Source: Escherichia coli
Lineage (GTDB): Bacteria > Pseudomonadota > Gammaproteobacteria > Enterobacterales > Enterobacteriaceae
Strand: one strand, 5' to 3'
Assembly: GCF_041248615.1 (NCBI RefSeq)
Contig: NZ_CP158426.1
Length of the DNA: 64,000 bases
A model generated the notes under the pieces. That model saw only the letters and a list, made by a program, of their open reading frames with translations, did not search any database and was not told the origin of the DNA. The position numbers were made by a program, and so were the translations under genes. This document shows positions 48,814 to 58,503 of the stretch, piece after piece; position 1 is the stretch's first letter; each line of letters opens with the position of its first letter.

Positions 48814-49165
48814 TTGTGATCTCAATCACATATCCACCCGATGAATAATTCTTGCCCAACCGCTCACCGCCATTCCTGACCGCTTACATCCCTAAAATAA
48901 CCACTCAGTTATTTACCTTACTTTACGCGCGCGTAACTCTGGCAACATCACTGCAGGATAGCGGTCAATTTACCTCCTCAAACGCAACGCAAACCTAGAA
49001 CGGCTTCGGCCTATGATTAACAAATTACTCTATGGATTTTGGTTTGCAGGAAGGCAGCAAGTGAGTGAATCCCCGGGAGCTTACAACAGTAAGTGACAGG
49101 GGTGAACGAACGCAGCTGCCGCACCTGTAAGCCAAAAGACGACGAGTAAAATGCCAGGTTTTACT

Positions 49166-51316
49166 ATGGATACGAAAAAACTATTCAAGCACATACCCTG
49201 GGTGATTCTCGGAATCATCGGTGCATTCTGCCTCGCGGTAGTTGCATTACGTCGGGGGGAGCACGTCAGCGCCCTGTGGATCGTGGTCGCCTCTGTGTCG
49301 GTGTATCTGGTGGCTTATCGCTACTACAGTCTGTACATCGCCCAGAAGGTAATGAAACTCGACCCCACGCGCGCGACGCCTGCGGTTATTAACAACGACG
49401 GTCTGAACTACGTTCCGACCAACCGTTACGTGTTGTTTGGTCACCACTTCGCCGCTATCGCCGGTGCTGGTCCGCTGGTTGGTCCGGTTCTCGCCGCGCA
49501 GATGGGCTACCTGCCTGGCACGCTGTGGCTGCTGGCGGGGGTCGTGCTGGCCGGTGCAGTACAGGACTTTATGGTGCTGTTTATCTCCTCTCGCCGTAAC
49601 GGCGCATCTCTCGGTGAGATGATCAAAGAAGAGATGGGACCAGTACCGGGGACTATCGCGCTGTTTGGCTGTTTCTTAATCATGATCATCATCCTCGCCG
49701 TTCTGGCGCTGATTGTGGTTAAAGCCCTGGCCGAAAGTCCGTGGGGTGTCTTCACCGTTTGCTCAACCGTACCGATTGCGCTGTTTATGGGTATCTACAT
49801 GCGCTTTATCCGTCCGGGGCGTGTGGGTGAAGTTTCTGTCATTGGTATCGTGCTGCTGGTTGCCTCTATCTACTTCGGTGGCGTGATTGCACACGATCCG
49901 TACTGGGGTCCGGCACTGACCTTTAAAGACACCACCATTACCTTCGCGCTGATTGGCTATGCGTTTGTTTCCGCACTGCTGCCAGTGTGGCTAATCCTCG
50001 CACCGCGCGACTATCTGGCAACCTTCCTGAAAATCGGTGTTATCGTCGGCCTGGCGCTGGGTATCGTGGTGCTGAACCCGGAACTGAAAATGCCTGCGAT
50101 GACTCAGTACATTGACGGTACTGGCCCGCTGTGGAAAGGCGCTCTGTTCCCGTTCCTGTTCATCACCATCGCCTGTGGTGCGGTATCTGGCTTCCACGCG
50201 CTGATCTCTTCCGGTACGACGCCGAAACTGCTGGCTAACGAAACCGACGCGCGTTTCATTGGCTACGGCGCAATGCTGATGGAGTCCTTCGTGGCGATTA
50301 TGGCGCTGGTTGCTGCGTCCATCATCGAACCGGGTCTTTACTTCGCGATGAATACCCCGCCTGCTGGCCTTGGCATCACCATGCCTAACCTGCATGAAAT
50401 GGGTGGCGAGAACGCGCCGATCATCATGGCGCAGCTGAAAGACGTTACCGCACACGCGGCAGCGACCGTCAGCTCCTGGGGCTTCGTGATTTCGCCAGAG
50501 CAGATCCTGCAAACCGCGAAAGACATTGGTGAGCCTTCTGTCCTGAACCGTGCAGGTGGTGCGCCAACGCTGGCGGTAGGTATCGCTCACGTGTTCCACA
50601 AAGTGCTGCCGATGGCTGACATGGGCTTCTGGTATCACTTCGGTATTCTGTTCGAAGCCCTGTTCATCCTGACCGCGCTGGATGCGGGTACCCGTTCTGG
50701 CCGCTTTATGCTGCAAGACCTGCTGGGTAACTTCATCCCGTTCCTGAAAAAAACCGACTCTCTGGTTGCCGGTATCATCGGTACTGCGGGCTGTGTGGGT
50801 CTGTGGGGCTACCTGCTGTATCAGGGCGTGGTCGATCCGCTGGGCGGCGTTAAGAGCCTGTGGCCGCTGTTCGGTATCTCCAACCAGATGCTGGCAGCCG
50901 TGGCGCTGGTACTGGGTACCGTTGTGCTGATTAAGATGAAGCGCACCCAATACATCTGGGTAACTGTTGTTCCGGCTGTATGGCTGCTTATCTGCACTAC
51001 CTGGGCGCTGGGCCTGAAACTGTTCAGCACCAACCCGCAGATGGAAGGCTTCTTCTACATGGCAAGCCAGTACAAAGAGAAGATTGCTAACGGTACTGAC
51101 CTGACGGCGCAGCAGATTGCCAACATGAACCACATCGTTGTGAACAACTACACCAACGCAGGCCTGAGTATTCTGTTCCTGATTGTGGTGTACAGCATCA
51201 TCTTCTACGGTTTCAAAACCTGGCTGAAGGTGCGTAACAGCGACAAACGTACTGACAAAGAAACACCGTACGTTCCAATCCCGGAAGGCGGCGTGAAGAT
51301 CTCTTCGCACCACTAA
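49166..51316 (+). CDS. btsT: Pyruvate/H+ symporter BtsT (CstA family, 716 aa)
   Basis: MDTKKLFKHIPWVILGIIGAFCLAVVALRRGEH... CstA-family multi-TM protein. Confidence 0.93.
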   Translation: MDTKKLFKHIPWVILGIIGAFCLAVVALRRGEHVSALWIVVASVSVYLVAYRYYSLYIAQKVMKLDPTRATPAVINNDGLNYVPTNRYVLFGHHFAAIAGAGPLVGPVLAAQMGYLPGTLWLLAGVVLAGAVQDFMVLFISSRRNGASLGEMIKEEMGPVPGTIALFGCFLIMIIILAVLALIVVKALAESPWGVFTVCSTVPIALFMGIYMRFIRPGRVGEVSVIGIVLLVASIYFGGVIAHDPYWGPALTFKDTTITFALIGYAFVSALLPVWLILAPRDYLATFLKIGVIVGLALGIVVLNPELKMPAMTQYIDGTGPLWKGALFPFLFITIACGAVSGFHALISSGTTPKLLANETDARFIGYGAMLMESFVAIMALVAASIIEPGLYFAMNTPPAGLGITMPNLHEMGGENAPIIMAQLKDVTAHAAATVSSWGFVISPEQILQTAKDIGEPSVLNRAGGAPTLAVGIAHVFHKVLPMADMGFWYHFGILFEALFILTALDAGTRSGRFMLQDLLGNFIPFLKKTDSLVAGIIGTAGCVGLWGYLLYQGVVDPLGGVKSLWPLFGISNQMLAAVALVLGTVVLIKMKRTQYIWVTVVPAVWLLICTTWALGLKLFSTNPQMEGFFYMASQYKEKIANGTDLTAQQIANMNHIVVNNYTNAGLSILFLIVVYSIIFYGFKTWLKVRNSDKRTDKETPYVPIPEGGVKISSHH

Positions 51317-51324
51317 CCGTGTTT

Positions 51325-51352
51325 AGCCCCGCTTCGGCGGGGCTTTGTTCTT
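51325..51352 (+). terminator. Hairpin/attenuator between btsT and yjiX
   Basis: agccccgc-ttcg-gcggggct, followed by ttgttctt. Confidence 0.6.
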
Positions 51353-51365
51353 ATCAGAGTGAACT

Positions 51366-51569
51366 ATGTTTGGTAACTTAGGACAGGCAAAAAAATATCT
51401 CGGCCAGGCGGCGAAGATGTTGATTGGCATTCCAGACTACGACAACTACGTCGAGCATATGAAGACCAACCATCCCGACAAGCCGTACATGAGCTATGAA
51501 GAATTCTTCCGCGAACGCCAGAACGCGCGCTACGGCGGCGATGGTAAAGGCGGTATGCGCTGTTGTTAA
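51366..51569 (+). CDS. yjiX: YbdD/YjiX-family small protein (67 aa)
   Basis: [33 protein letters not shown]... Confidence 0.9.
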
Positions 51570-51579
51570 TGGAGAGAGC

Positions 51580-52536
51580 ATGAACCCGATTGCAGTGACC
51601 CTACTCACCGGTTTTTTAGGCGCGGGCAAAACTACCCTGCTGCGCCATATTCTTAACGAACAACACGGCTACAAGATTGCCGTGATTGAAAACGAATTCG
51701 GCGAAGTCTCCGTTGATGATCAACTGATTGGCGACCGCGCCACGCAGATCAAAACGCTGACCAACGGCTGCATCTGCTGTTCGCGCTCCAACGAGCTGGA
51801 GGACGCGCTACTCGACCTGCTGGACAATCTCGACAAGGGCAATATTCAGTTCGACCGTCTGGTCATTGAATGCACCGGCATGGCCGATCCTGGCCCGATT
51901 ATTCAGACCTTTTTCTCCCATGAGATTTTATGCCAGCGCTACCTGCTGGACGGGGTGATTGCGCTGGTGGATGCGGTACATGCCGATGAGCAGATGAACC
52001 AGTTCACCATCGCCCAGTCACAGGTTGGCTACGCCGACCGTATTCTGCTGACTAAAACCGACGTCGCAGGCGAAGCAGAAAAACTGCGCGAACGCCTGGC
52101 GCGCATCAACGCCCGCGCACCGGTCTACACCGTCACCCACGGCGACATCGACCTGGGCCTGCTGTTCAACACCAACGGTTTTATGCTGGAAGAAAACGTC
52201 GTCAGCACCAAACCGCGTTTCCACTTTATCGCGGATAAACAAAACGATATTTCGTCGATTGTGGTGGAACTGGATTACCCGGTAGATATCAGCGAAGTTT
52301 CCCGGGTGATGGAAAACCTGCTGCTGGAATCGGCAGATAAACTGCTGCGTTACAAAGGGATGCTGTGGATTGACGGCGAACCTAACCGCCTGCTGTTCCA
52401 GGGCGTCCAGCGCCTCTACAGCGCCGACTGGGACAGGCCGTGGGGCGATGAAAAACCGCATAGCACGATGGTGTTTATCGGGATTCAGCTGCCGGAGGAT
52501 GAGATTCGGGCAGCGTTTGCTGGGTTGAGGAAGTAA
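51580..52536 (+). CDS. yjiA: COG0523 metal-binding GTPase YjiA (318 aa)
   Basis: P-loop GFLGAGKTTLL and a CxCC motif (GCICCS). Confidence 0.93.
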   Translation: MNPIAVTLLTGFLGAGKTTLLRHILNEQHGYKIAVIENEFGEVSVDDQLIGDRATQIKTLTNGCICCSRSNELEDALLDLLDNLDKGNIQFDRLVIECTGMADPGPIIQTFFSHEILCQRYLLDGVIALVDAVHADEQMNQFTIAQSQVGYADRILLTKTDVAGEAEKLRERLARINARAPVYTVTHGDIDLGLLFNTNGFMLEENVVSTKPRFHFIADKQNDISSIVVELDYPVDISEVSRVMENLLLESADKLLRYKGMLWIDGEPNRLLFQGVQRLYSADWDRPWGDEKPHSTMVFIGIQLPEDEIRAAFAGLRK

Positions 52537-52604
52537 GTTCGGGAAAGATCAACTTTTTGAGAGTTCCACCGCAACATTATTACAAGTGGAACTCTTTAGA
52601 TATG

Positions 52605-54257
52605 TCAGACCAACCAAAGCTTCTTCAATTGCGTTTTCATTTTTTCATGTCTCATTTTCAGTTCAGCCAATCCCCATTCTGAAGAATTACAAACATCTTT
52701 TGTTAAATCAAAAGAGCTTTTACTATTAAGTTTCTCATAAATAGATTTCTTTTTGATAAAATCATAGTGTTGTGCTTCAGAATTTTTGGAACCACTTATG
52801 AGTGTTAAATTACCTATTTTATGCAGCCAGTAGACATGCTCTTGAGGTTGGAATCTATTAATCCAGTATTCATTAACTAATGCTTGAGGAAGAATATGCT
52901 CAATTGTGATTCTCCCCGTATAGGTTTTAATCACGCTCTCATCTTGTTGCTCCATGTCTAAGCGAAGCAAAATTGCTTTTATTAAGTTCACTTGATTCGG
53001 ACGAGGCTCATATAAATCTTCATCCAGAGCAGCTATAAAACCTGAATTATCTGCATGTTGGTTTATCTGATTTATCACAGAATCAAAAGGCATATCATTA
53101 TTTATTGCTACCAGAGCTGAATAACAAACCATTTCTCTTTGGCTTTTAATTTGTTTTTTTAACCACCCATGCATATATACCTTCTCAAAGGCGGTAATAA
53201 ATTGAGAAAAATCATCTAAATTAAAATCTTCTGTACGAGCCATTCGATTCATGAATGCCATAACCGGAGGAATCCACTCATCTACCCCTAAATTACTTAG
53301 CGATGCTATTTTTCGTCGTATTGAAGGGTGTTCAAAATCATTCTCTAAAATCTTAGTATAATTTTTTGCAGAATTAACCAACATCAGTGACATAGCAATA
53401 GCATCTCCATCAAATTGCTGCTGGAGATTTTCAATAAAAGCTTCAAAACCTTTTTGTAATACCCTGTCACGATCTTTTTTCTCGGAAAGCTTATGAAGAG
53501 TAAGAAATTTATCAAGCCGTCTCACTCCAACCATATCTTCAATTTGCGACCATGCTGATTCTATTTGCTCTGATTTTTTATTATGCGTAGAAGCTGATTC
53601 AAACAGTGCATTTTTTAAAAGATCTGCATTACTTAAAGGTAAACCTCGACTATTTAATACATTAAAGAGTCTAAATGATGATGCGAAATCATCAGTTTGC
53701 ACAAATACGATATATACATTTTGCAAAATATATTTAGCAAGCAACTTCAACTCATCAACAGATAACCGCAACAAATAATCTCTAATTGTTTCAGCGTTGC
53801 TAATGAATACTAACTCAGTATCCGATGGCTTTTCAGGTTTATAATCTTTAGAATCCTGCAGTATATAATATTTATAAAGATCATACTCTTTTTTTCTAAC
53901 AATTAGTCTTGGTTCATCAGTTTCATCAGAATAAACATCAATAGGCAGAACTCTTTTTTGCAAATCATCTTTTATCCCCTGAATCGGGATGATTTTTTTT
54001 AGCTCGGAGACAATAATGCTTAACGTTGTAAGACGTTGTTGTCCATCTACAACTTCATACTGATTTTGCCCTTTATTGATACAAATCATACTCCCAATAA
54101 AATATTCATTCTCTTCTGATTGAGAGCTTTTATAAATATCATCAATGAGTTGCTCTGCATTATCTACCGTCCAACTGTAAGGACGCTGATAAGAAGGAAT
54201 AATAAACTTTTTGTTTTCAGTAAGGATATCCTGCACCTTACATTCTTTAGCTTCCAT
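52605..54257 (-). CDS. DUF262 + DUF1524 (GmrSD-like) putative type IV restriction / modification-dependent nuclease (550 aa from ATG-54257)
   Basis: N-terminal IIPSYQRPYSW ... VVDGQQRLTT. C-terminal ITIEHILPQ ... HKIGNLTLISGSKNSEA. Very AT-rich. Occupies the K-12 mrr slot. Confidence 0.75.
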   Translation of the reverse strand: MEAKECKVQDILTENKKFIIPSYQRPYSWTVDNAEQLIDDIYKSSQSEENEYFIGSMICINKGQNQYEVVDGQQRLTTLSIIVSELKKIIPIQGIKDDLQKRVLPIDVYSDETDEPRLIVRKKEYDLYKYYILQDSKDYKPEKPSDTELVFISNAETIRDYLLRLSVDELKLLAKYILQNVYIVFVQTDDFASSFRLFNVLNSRGLPLSNADLLKNALFESASTHNKKSEQIESAWSQIEDMVGVRRLDKFLTLHKLSEKKDRDRVLQKGFEAFIENLQQQFDGDAIAMSLMLVNSAKNYTKILENDFEHPSIRRKIASLSNLGVDEWIPPVMAFMNRMARTEDFNLDDFSQFITAFEKVYMHGWLKKQIKSQREMVCYSALVAINNDMPFDSVINQINQHADNSGFIAALDEDLYEPRPNQVNLIKAILLRLDMEQQDESVIKTYTGRITIEHILPQALVNEYWINRFQPQEHVYWLHKIGNLTLISGSKNSEAQHYDFIKKKSIYEKLNSKSSFDLTKDVCNSSEWGLAELKMRHEKMKTQLKKLWLV

Positions 54258-54534
54258 TTCATATACCCAATCAAACAATCAACAATAACATTATCTTTCT
54301 TGCTCGAAAGAAACGCAACTATAAGATTTTTATATATTTTGTTAGAGTTGATATGGTTCCTGTAACTTCTGTTTATCTGTCTCTGATATGCCCAGATTAA
54401 TTCAAGCAAGATATAACAGAGATATCAATGTGATCTCTGCTACGTACTTTACGTTGAAACACCGCCCTAAATCATAGCCAGGCTATTGATTTTATGTACA
54501 ATCAGAATCGTCCTGATAAAAGCGAGAATACCCC

Positions 54535-56967
54535 ATGGCGGAACTGAACCTAAGTAACCTGACGGAAGCAGACATCATTACCAAATGCGTTATGCCAGCC
54601 ATTCTCAATGCAGGCTGGGACAACACAACGCAAATCAGACAGGAGGTCAAACTCCGGAACGGTAAAGTCATCGTACGTGGTAAAGTTGCGGCACGCAGAA
54701 CGGTAAAATCTGCTGACATCGTGCTGTATCACAAACCAGGCATTCCCTTAGCCGTGATTGAAGCAAAAGCCAACAAACATGAAATCGGCAAAGGGATGCA
54801 ACAGGGCATTGAATATGCGCGCCTGCTGGACGTTCCTTTTGTTTTTGCCACCAACGGTGATGGCTTTATCTTCCGCGACGCCACCGCAGCCGAAGGTGAA
54901 TGCCTTGAAAAGCAAATAACGCTGGATGACTTCCCCTCCCCCGCTGAACTCTGGCAAAAATTCTGCCTCTGGAAAGGATACACACAAGCTCAGCTTCCGG
55001 TGATTACTCAGGACTATTACGACGATGGCAGCGGTAAATCACCACGTTATTACCAGCTTCAGGCAATCAACAAAACCATTGAAGCCGTCTCCAACGGGCA
55101 AAACCGCGTTCTGCTGGTCATGGCGACCGGAACAGGGAAAACCTATACCGCATTCCAGATCATCTGGCGCCTGTGGAAATCAAAAAATAAAAAACGCATT
55201 TTGTTCCTTGCCGATCGCAACATTCTGGTCGACCAAACCAAACATAATGATTTCCAGCCATTTGGTACGGCAATGACCAAAGTCAGCGGACGCACCATTG
55301 ATCCCGCTTATGAAATTCACCTCGCGCTCTATCAGGCTATAACTGGCCCGGAGGAAGACCAAAAAGCGTTTAAACAAGTCGCACCAGATTTCTTCGATCT
55401 GATCGTGATCGACGAATGCCATCGCGGCAGCGCATCCGAAGACAGCGCCTGGCGAGAGATCCTTGATTATTTCAGTTCCTCCACCCAAATTGGCTTAACC
55501 GCCACGCCAAAAGAGACGCATGAAGTCTCCAGCACGGATTACTTCGGCGATCCGGTTTACGTCTACTCACTAAAAGAAGGGATCGAAGACGGCTTCCTCG
55601 CCCCTTATAAAGTTGTCCGTGTTGATATTGATATAGACCTGCAAGGCTGGCGCCCAACCAAAGGGCAAACTGACTTAAACGGCGAAGTGATCGACGATCG
55701 TATCTATAACCAGAAAGATTTCGATCGCACGATGGTAATCGACGAACGCACAGAACTGGTTGCCAGAACCATTACCGACTACCTCAAGCGCACCAACCCG
55801 ATGGATAAAACCATCGTCTTCTGTAACGACATCGATCATGCAGAACGTATGCGCCGCGCCCTGGTTAATCTCAACCCGGAGCAGGTGAAAAAGAACGACA
55901 AATACGTCATGAAAATCACCGGCGATGATGAAATTGGCAAAGCTCAGTTGGATAACTTCATCAACCCGAAAAAACCGTACCCGGTTATCGCGACCACTTC
56001 AGAGCTGATGACCACCGGTGTGGATGCTAAAACCTGCAAACTGGTAGTACTGGACCAGAACATCCAGTCGATGACCAAATTCAAGCAAATTATCGGTCGT
56101 GGTACACGCATCGACGAACGTTACGGCAAACTCTGGTTTACCATCCTCGACTTTAAAAAAGCCACCGAACTGTTTGCCGATGAGCGTTTCGATGGCATTC
56201 CCGAAAAAGTCATGGATACCACGCCAGAGGATATCGCCGACCCAGAATCTGATTTTGAAGAGAAACTCGAAGAAATCAGCGAACATGACGACGAACAGGT
56301 AACAGGCGTTGATGAACCGCCTGCGCCACCATACCAGGTTACCGATACCGATGATGTCGGCCCACTTCCGGAAGAAGACGAGAAGAAAATCCGCAAGTTT
56401 CACGTCAACGGTGTAGCGGTGGGCGTTATTGCGCAGCGTGTTCAGTATTACGATGCCGACGGTAAACTGGTTACCGAATCTTTTAAAGATTACACCCGCA
56501 AAACACTGCTCAAAGAATATGCCTCGCTGGATGACTTTACCCGCAAGTGGCAGGACGCCGATCGCAAAGAAGCGATCATTCACGAGCTGGAACAACAGGG
56601 GATCATCTGGGAAGTACTGGCAGAAGAAGTCGGTAAAGATCTCGACCCGTTCGACATGCTTTGCCACGTAGTGTATGGTCAGCCGCCGTTAACCCGCAAA
56701 GAGCGCGCCGAGAACGTGCGCAAGCGGAACTACTTCACAAAATACTCTGAAGCAGCGCAAGCCGTGCTCGATAATCTGCTGGATAAATACGCCGATGCGG
56801 GCGTACAGGAGATCGAAAGTATTCAGGTGCTGAAACTTAAGCCATTCGACAGCATGGGCACCTTACCGGAGATTATTAAAACCGGATTTGGCGACCGTAA
56901 CGGGTATAATCAGGCGCTCAGCGAGCTGGAAAACGAAATCTACCAATTACCGCCCCGCTCTGCTTAA
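54535..56967 (+). CDS. hsdR: Type I restriction enzyme R subunit, IB (EcoAI-like) family, 810 aa
   Basis: N-terminal PD-(D/E)xK (DIVLY...IEAKAN), DEAD-box helicase motifs ([18 protein letters not shown]), acidic C-terminal linker. Confidence 0.9.
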   Translation: MAELNLSNLTEADIITKCVMPAILNAGWDNTTQIRQEVKLRNGKVIVRGKVAARRTVKSADIVLYHKPGIPLAVIEAKANKHEIGKGMQQGIEYARLLDVPFVFATNGDGFIFRDATAAEGECLEKQITLDDFPSPAELWQKFCLWKGYTQAQLPVITQDYYDDGSGKSPRYYQLQAINKTIEAVSNGQNRVLLVMATGTGKTYTAFQIIWRLWKSKNKKRILFLADRNILVDQTKHNDFQPFGTAMTKVSGRTIDPAYEIHLALYQAITGPEEDQKAFKQVAPDFFDLIVIDECHRGSASEDSAWREILDYFSSSTQIGLTATPKETHEVSSTDYFGDPVYVYSLKEGIEDGFLAPYKVVRVDIDIDLQGWRPTKGQTDLNGEVIDDRIYNQKDFDRTMVIDERTELVARTITDYLKRTNPMDKTIVFCNDIDHAERMRRALVNLNPEQVKKNDKYVMKITGDDEIGKAQLDNFINPKKPYPVIATTSELMTTGVDAKTCKLVVLDQNIQSMTKFKQIIGRGTRIDERYGKLWFTILDFKKATELFADERFDGIPEKVMDTTPEDIADPESDFEEKLEEISEHDDEQVTGVDEPPAPPYQVTDTDDVGPLPEEDEKKIRKFHVNGVAVGVIAQRVQYYDADGKLVTESFKDYTRKTLLKEYASLDDFTRKWQDADRKEAIIHELEQQGIIWEVLAEEVGKDLDPFDMLCHVVYGQPPLTRKERAENVRKRNYFTKYSEAAQAVLDNLLDKYADAGVQEIESIQVLKLKPFDSMGTLPEIIKTGFGDRNGYNQALSELENEIYQLPPRSA

Positions 56968-56981
56968 CAACTCTCTTTTGC

Positions 56982-57020
56982 GCCTTCTGCAACCATCATG
57001 TTGCAGAAGGCCTTGTTTTT
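56982..57020 (+). terminator. Terminator-like hairpin between hsdR and hsdM
   Basis: gccttctgcaac-catcat-gttgcagaaggc, followed by cttgttttt. Confidence 0.55.
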
Positions 57021-57033
57021 CATGGAATACAAC

Positions 57034-58503
57034 ATGTCTATCAGCTCAGTAATCAAATCATTACAAGATATTATGCGCAAAGATGCCGGTGTGGACGGCG
57101 ATGCGCAGCGTCTCGGTCAGCTCTCCTGGCTGCTGTTTTTGAAAATCTTCGATGCCCAGGAAGAGGCGCTGGAACTGGAGCAGGATAACTATCAATATCC
57201 GATCCCACAGCGTTATTTATGGCGCAGTTGGGCCGCAAACGCTCAGGGCATTACCGGTGATTCCCTGCTGGAATTCGTTAATGATGATCTGTTCCCGGCG
57301 TTGAAAAACCTCACTGCGCCTATCGATAAAAACCCACGCGGCTACGTGGTAAAGCAGGCGTTCAGCGATGCCTATAACTACATGAAAAACGGTACGCTAC
57401 TGCGTCAGGTGATCAACAAGCTGAACGAAATTGACTTTACCAGCGCCAGCGAACGGCATCTGTTTGGTGATATTTACGAGCAGATCCTTAAAGATCTGCA
57501 ATCTGCGGGCAATGCGGGCGAATTCTATACTCCACGCGCCGTCACTCGCTTTATGGTGGATCGCGTTGATCCGAAACTCGGCGAATCCATTATGGACCCG
57601 GCCTGCGGTACGGGCGGTTTTCTTGCCTGCGCATTTGATCATGTAAAGAACAAATACGTGAAGAGCGTCGCCGATCATCAGACGCTGCAACAACAGATCC
57701 ACGGTGTTGAGAAAAAACAGCTTCCGCACCTGCTGGCGACCACCAATATGCTGCTACACGGCATTGAAGTGCCAGTGCAAATTCGTCACGACAACACTCT
57801 GAACAAACCGCTTTCCTCCTGGGATGAGCAACTGGATGTCATTGTTACCAACCCGCCGTTTGGTGGCACGGAAGAAGACGGTATTGAGAAGAACTTTCCA
57901 GCAGAGATGCAAACCCGCGAAACGGCGGATTTGTTCCTGCAACTGATTGTGGAAGTACTGGCGAAAAATGGTCGCGCGGCGGTGGTATTGCCGGATGGCA
58001 CACTATTTGGCGAAGGCGTTAAAACCAAAATCAAAAAGCTACTTACCGAAGAGTGCAACCTGCATACCATCGTGCGCTTACCGAATGGTGTGTTTAACCC
58101 CTATACCGGCATTAAAACCAACCTGTTGTTCTTTACCAAAGGTCAGCCAACCAAAGAGATTTGGTTCTATGAGCATCCGTATCCGGCGGGCGTGAAAAAT
58201 TACAGTAAAACTAAGCCGATGAAGTTTGAAGAGTTTCAGGCGGAGATTGACTGGTGGGGTAACGAGGCCGATGGTTTTGCCAGCCGCGTCGAGAATGAGC
58301 AGGCGTGGAAAGTCAGCATTGATGACGTGATTGCGCGCAACTTCAATCTGGATATTAAAAACCCACATCAGGCGGAAACCGTTAGCCATGATCCGGACGA
58401 ACTGTTAGCGCAGTATGCAAAACAGCAGGCGGAGATCCAGACGCTGCGTAATCAACTGCGCGATATTCTTGGCGCTGCGCTGTCTGGCAAGGAGGTTAAC
58501 TAA
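57034..58503 (+). CDS. hsdM: Type I R-M N6-adenine methyltransferase subunit (489 aa from ATG-57034)
   Basis: SAM motif DPACGTGGFL and catalytic NPPFG. Confidence 0.9.
   Translation: MSISSVIKSLQDIMRKDAGVDGDAQRLGQLSWLLFLKIFDAQEEALELEQDNYQYPIPQRYLWRSWAANAQGITGDSLLEFVNDDLFPALKNLTAPIDKNPRGYVVKQAFSDAYNYMKNGTLLRQVINKLNEIDFTSASERHLFGDIYEQILKDLQSAGNAGEFYTPRAVTRFMVDRVDPKLGESIMDPACGTGGFLACAFDHVKNKYVKSVADHQTLQQQIHGVEKKQLPHLLATTNMLLHGIEVPVQIRHDNTLNKPLSSWDEQLDVIVTNPPFGGTEEDGIEKNFPAEMQTRETADLFLQLIVEVLAKNGRAAVVLPDGTLFGEGVKTKIKKLLTEECNLHTIVRLPNGVFNPYTGIKTNLLFFTKGQPTKEIWFYEHPYPAGVKNYSKTKPMKFEEFQAEIDWWGNEADGFASRVENEQAWKVSIDDVIARNFNLDIKNPHQAETVSHDPDELLAQYAKQQAEIQTLRNQLRDILGAALSGKEVN

Noticed and set aside
49991-51313. 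440-aa minus-strand ORF
   Set aside because: It is antisense to btsT (CstA family). The composition is Arg/His/Gln-rich, and there is no SD or sensible start context.
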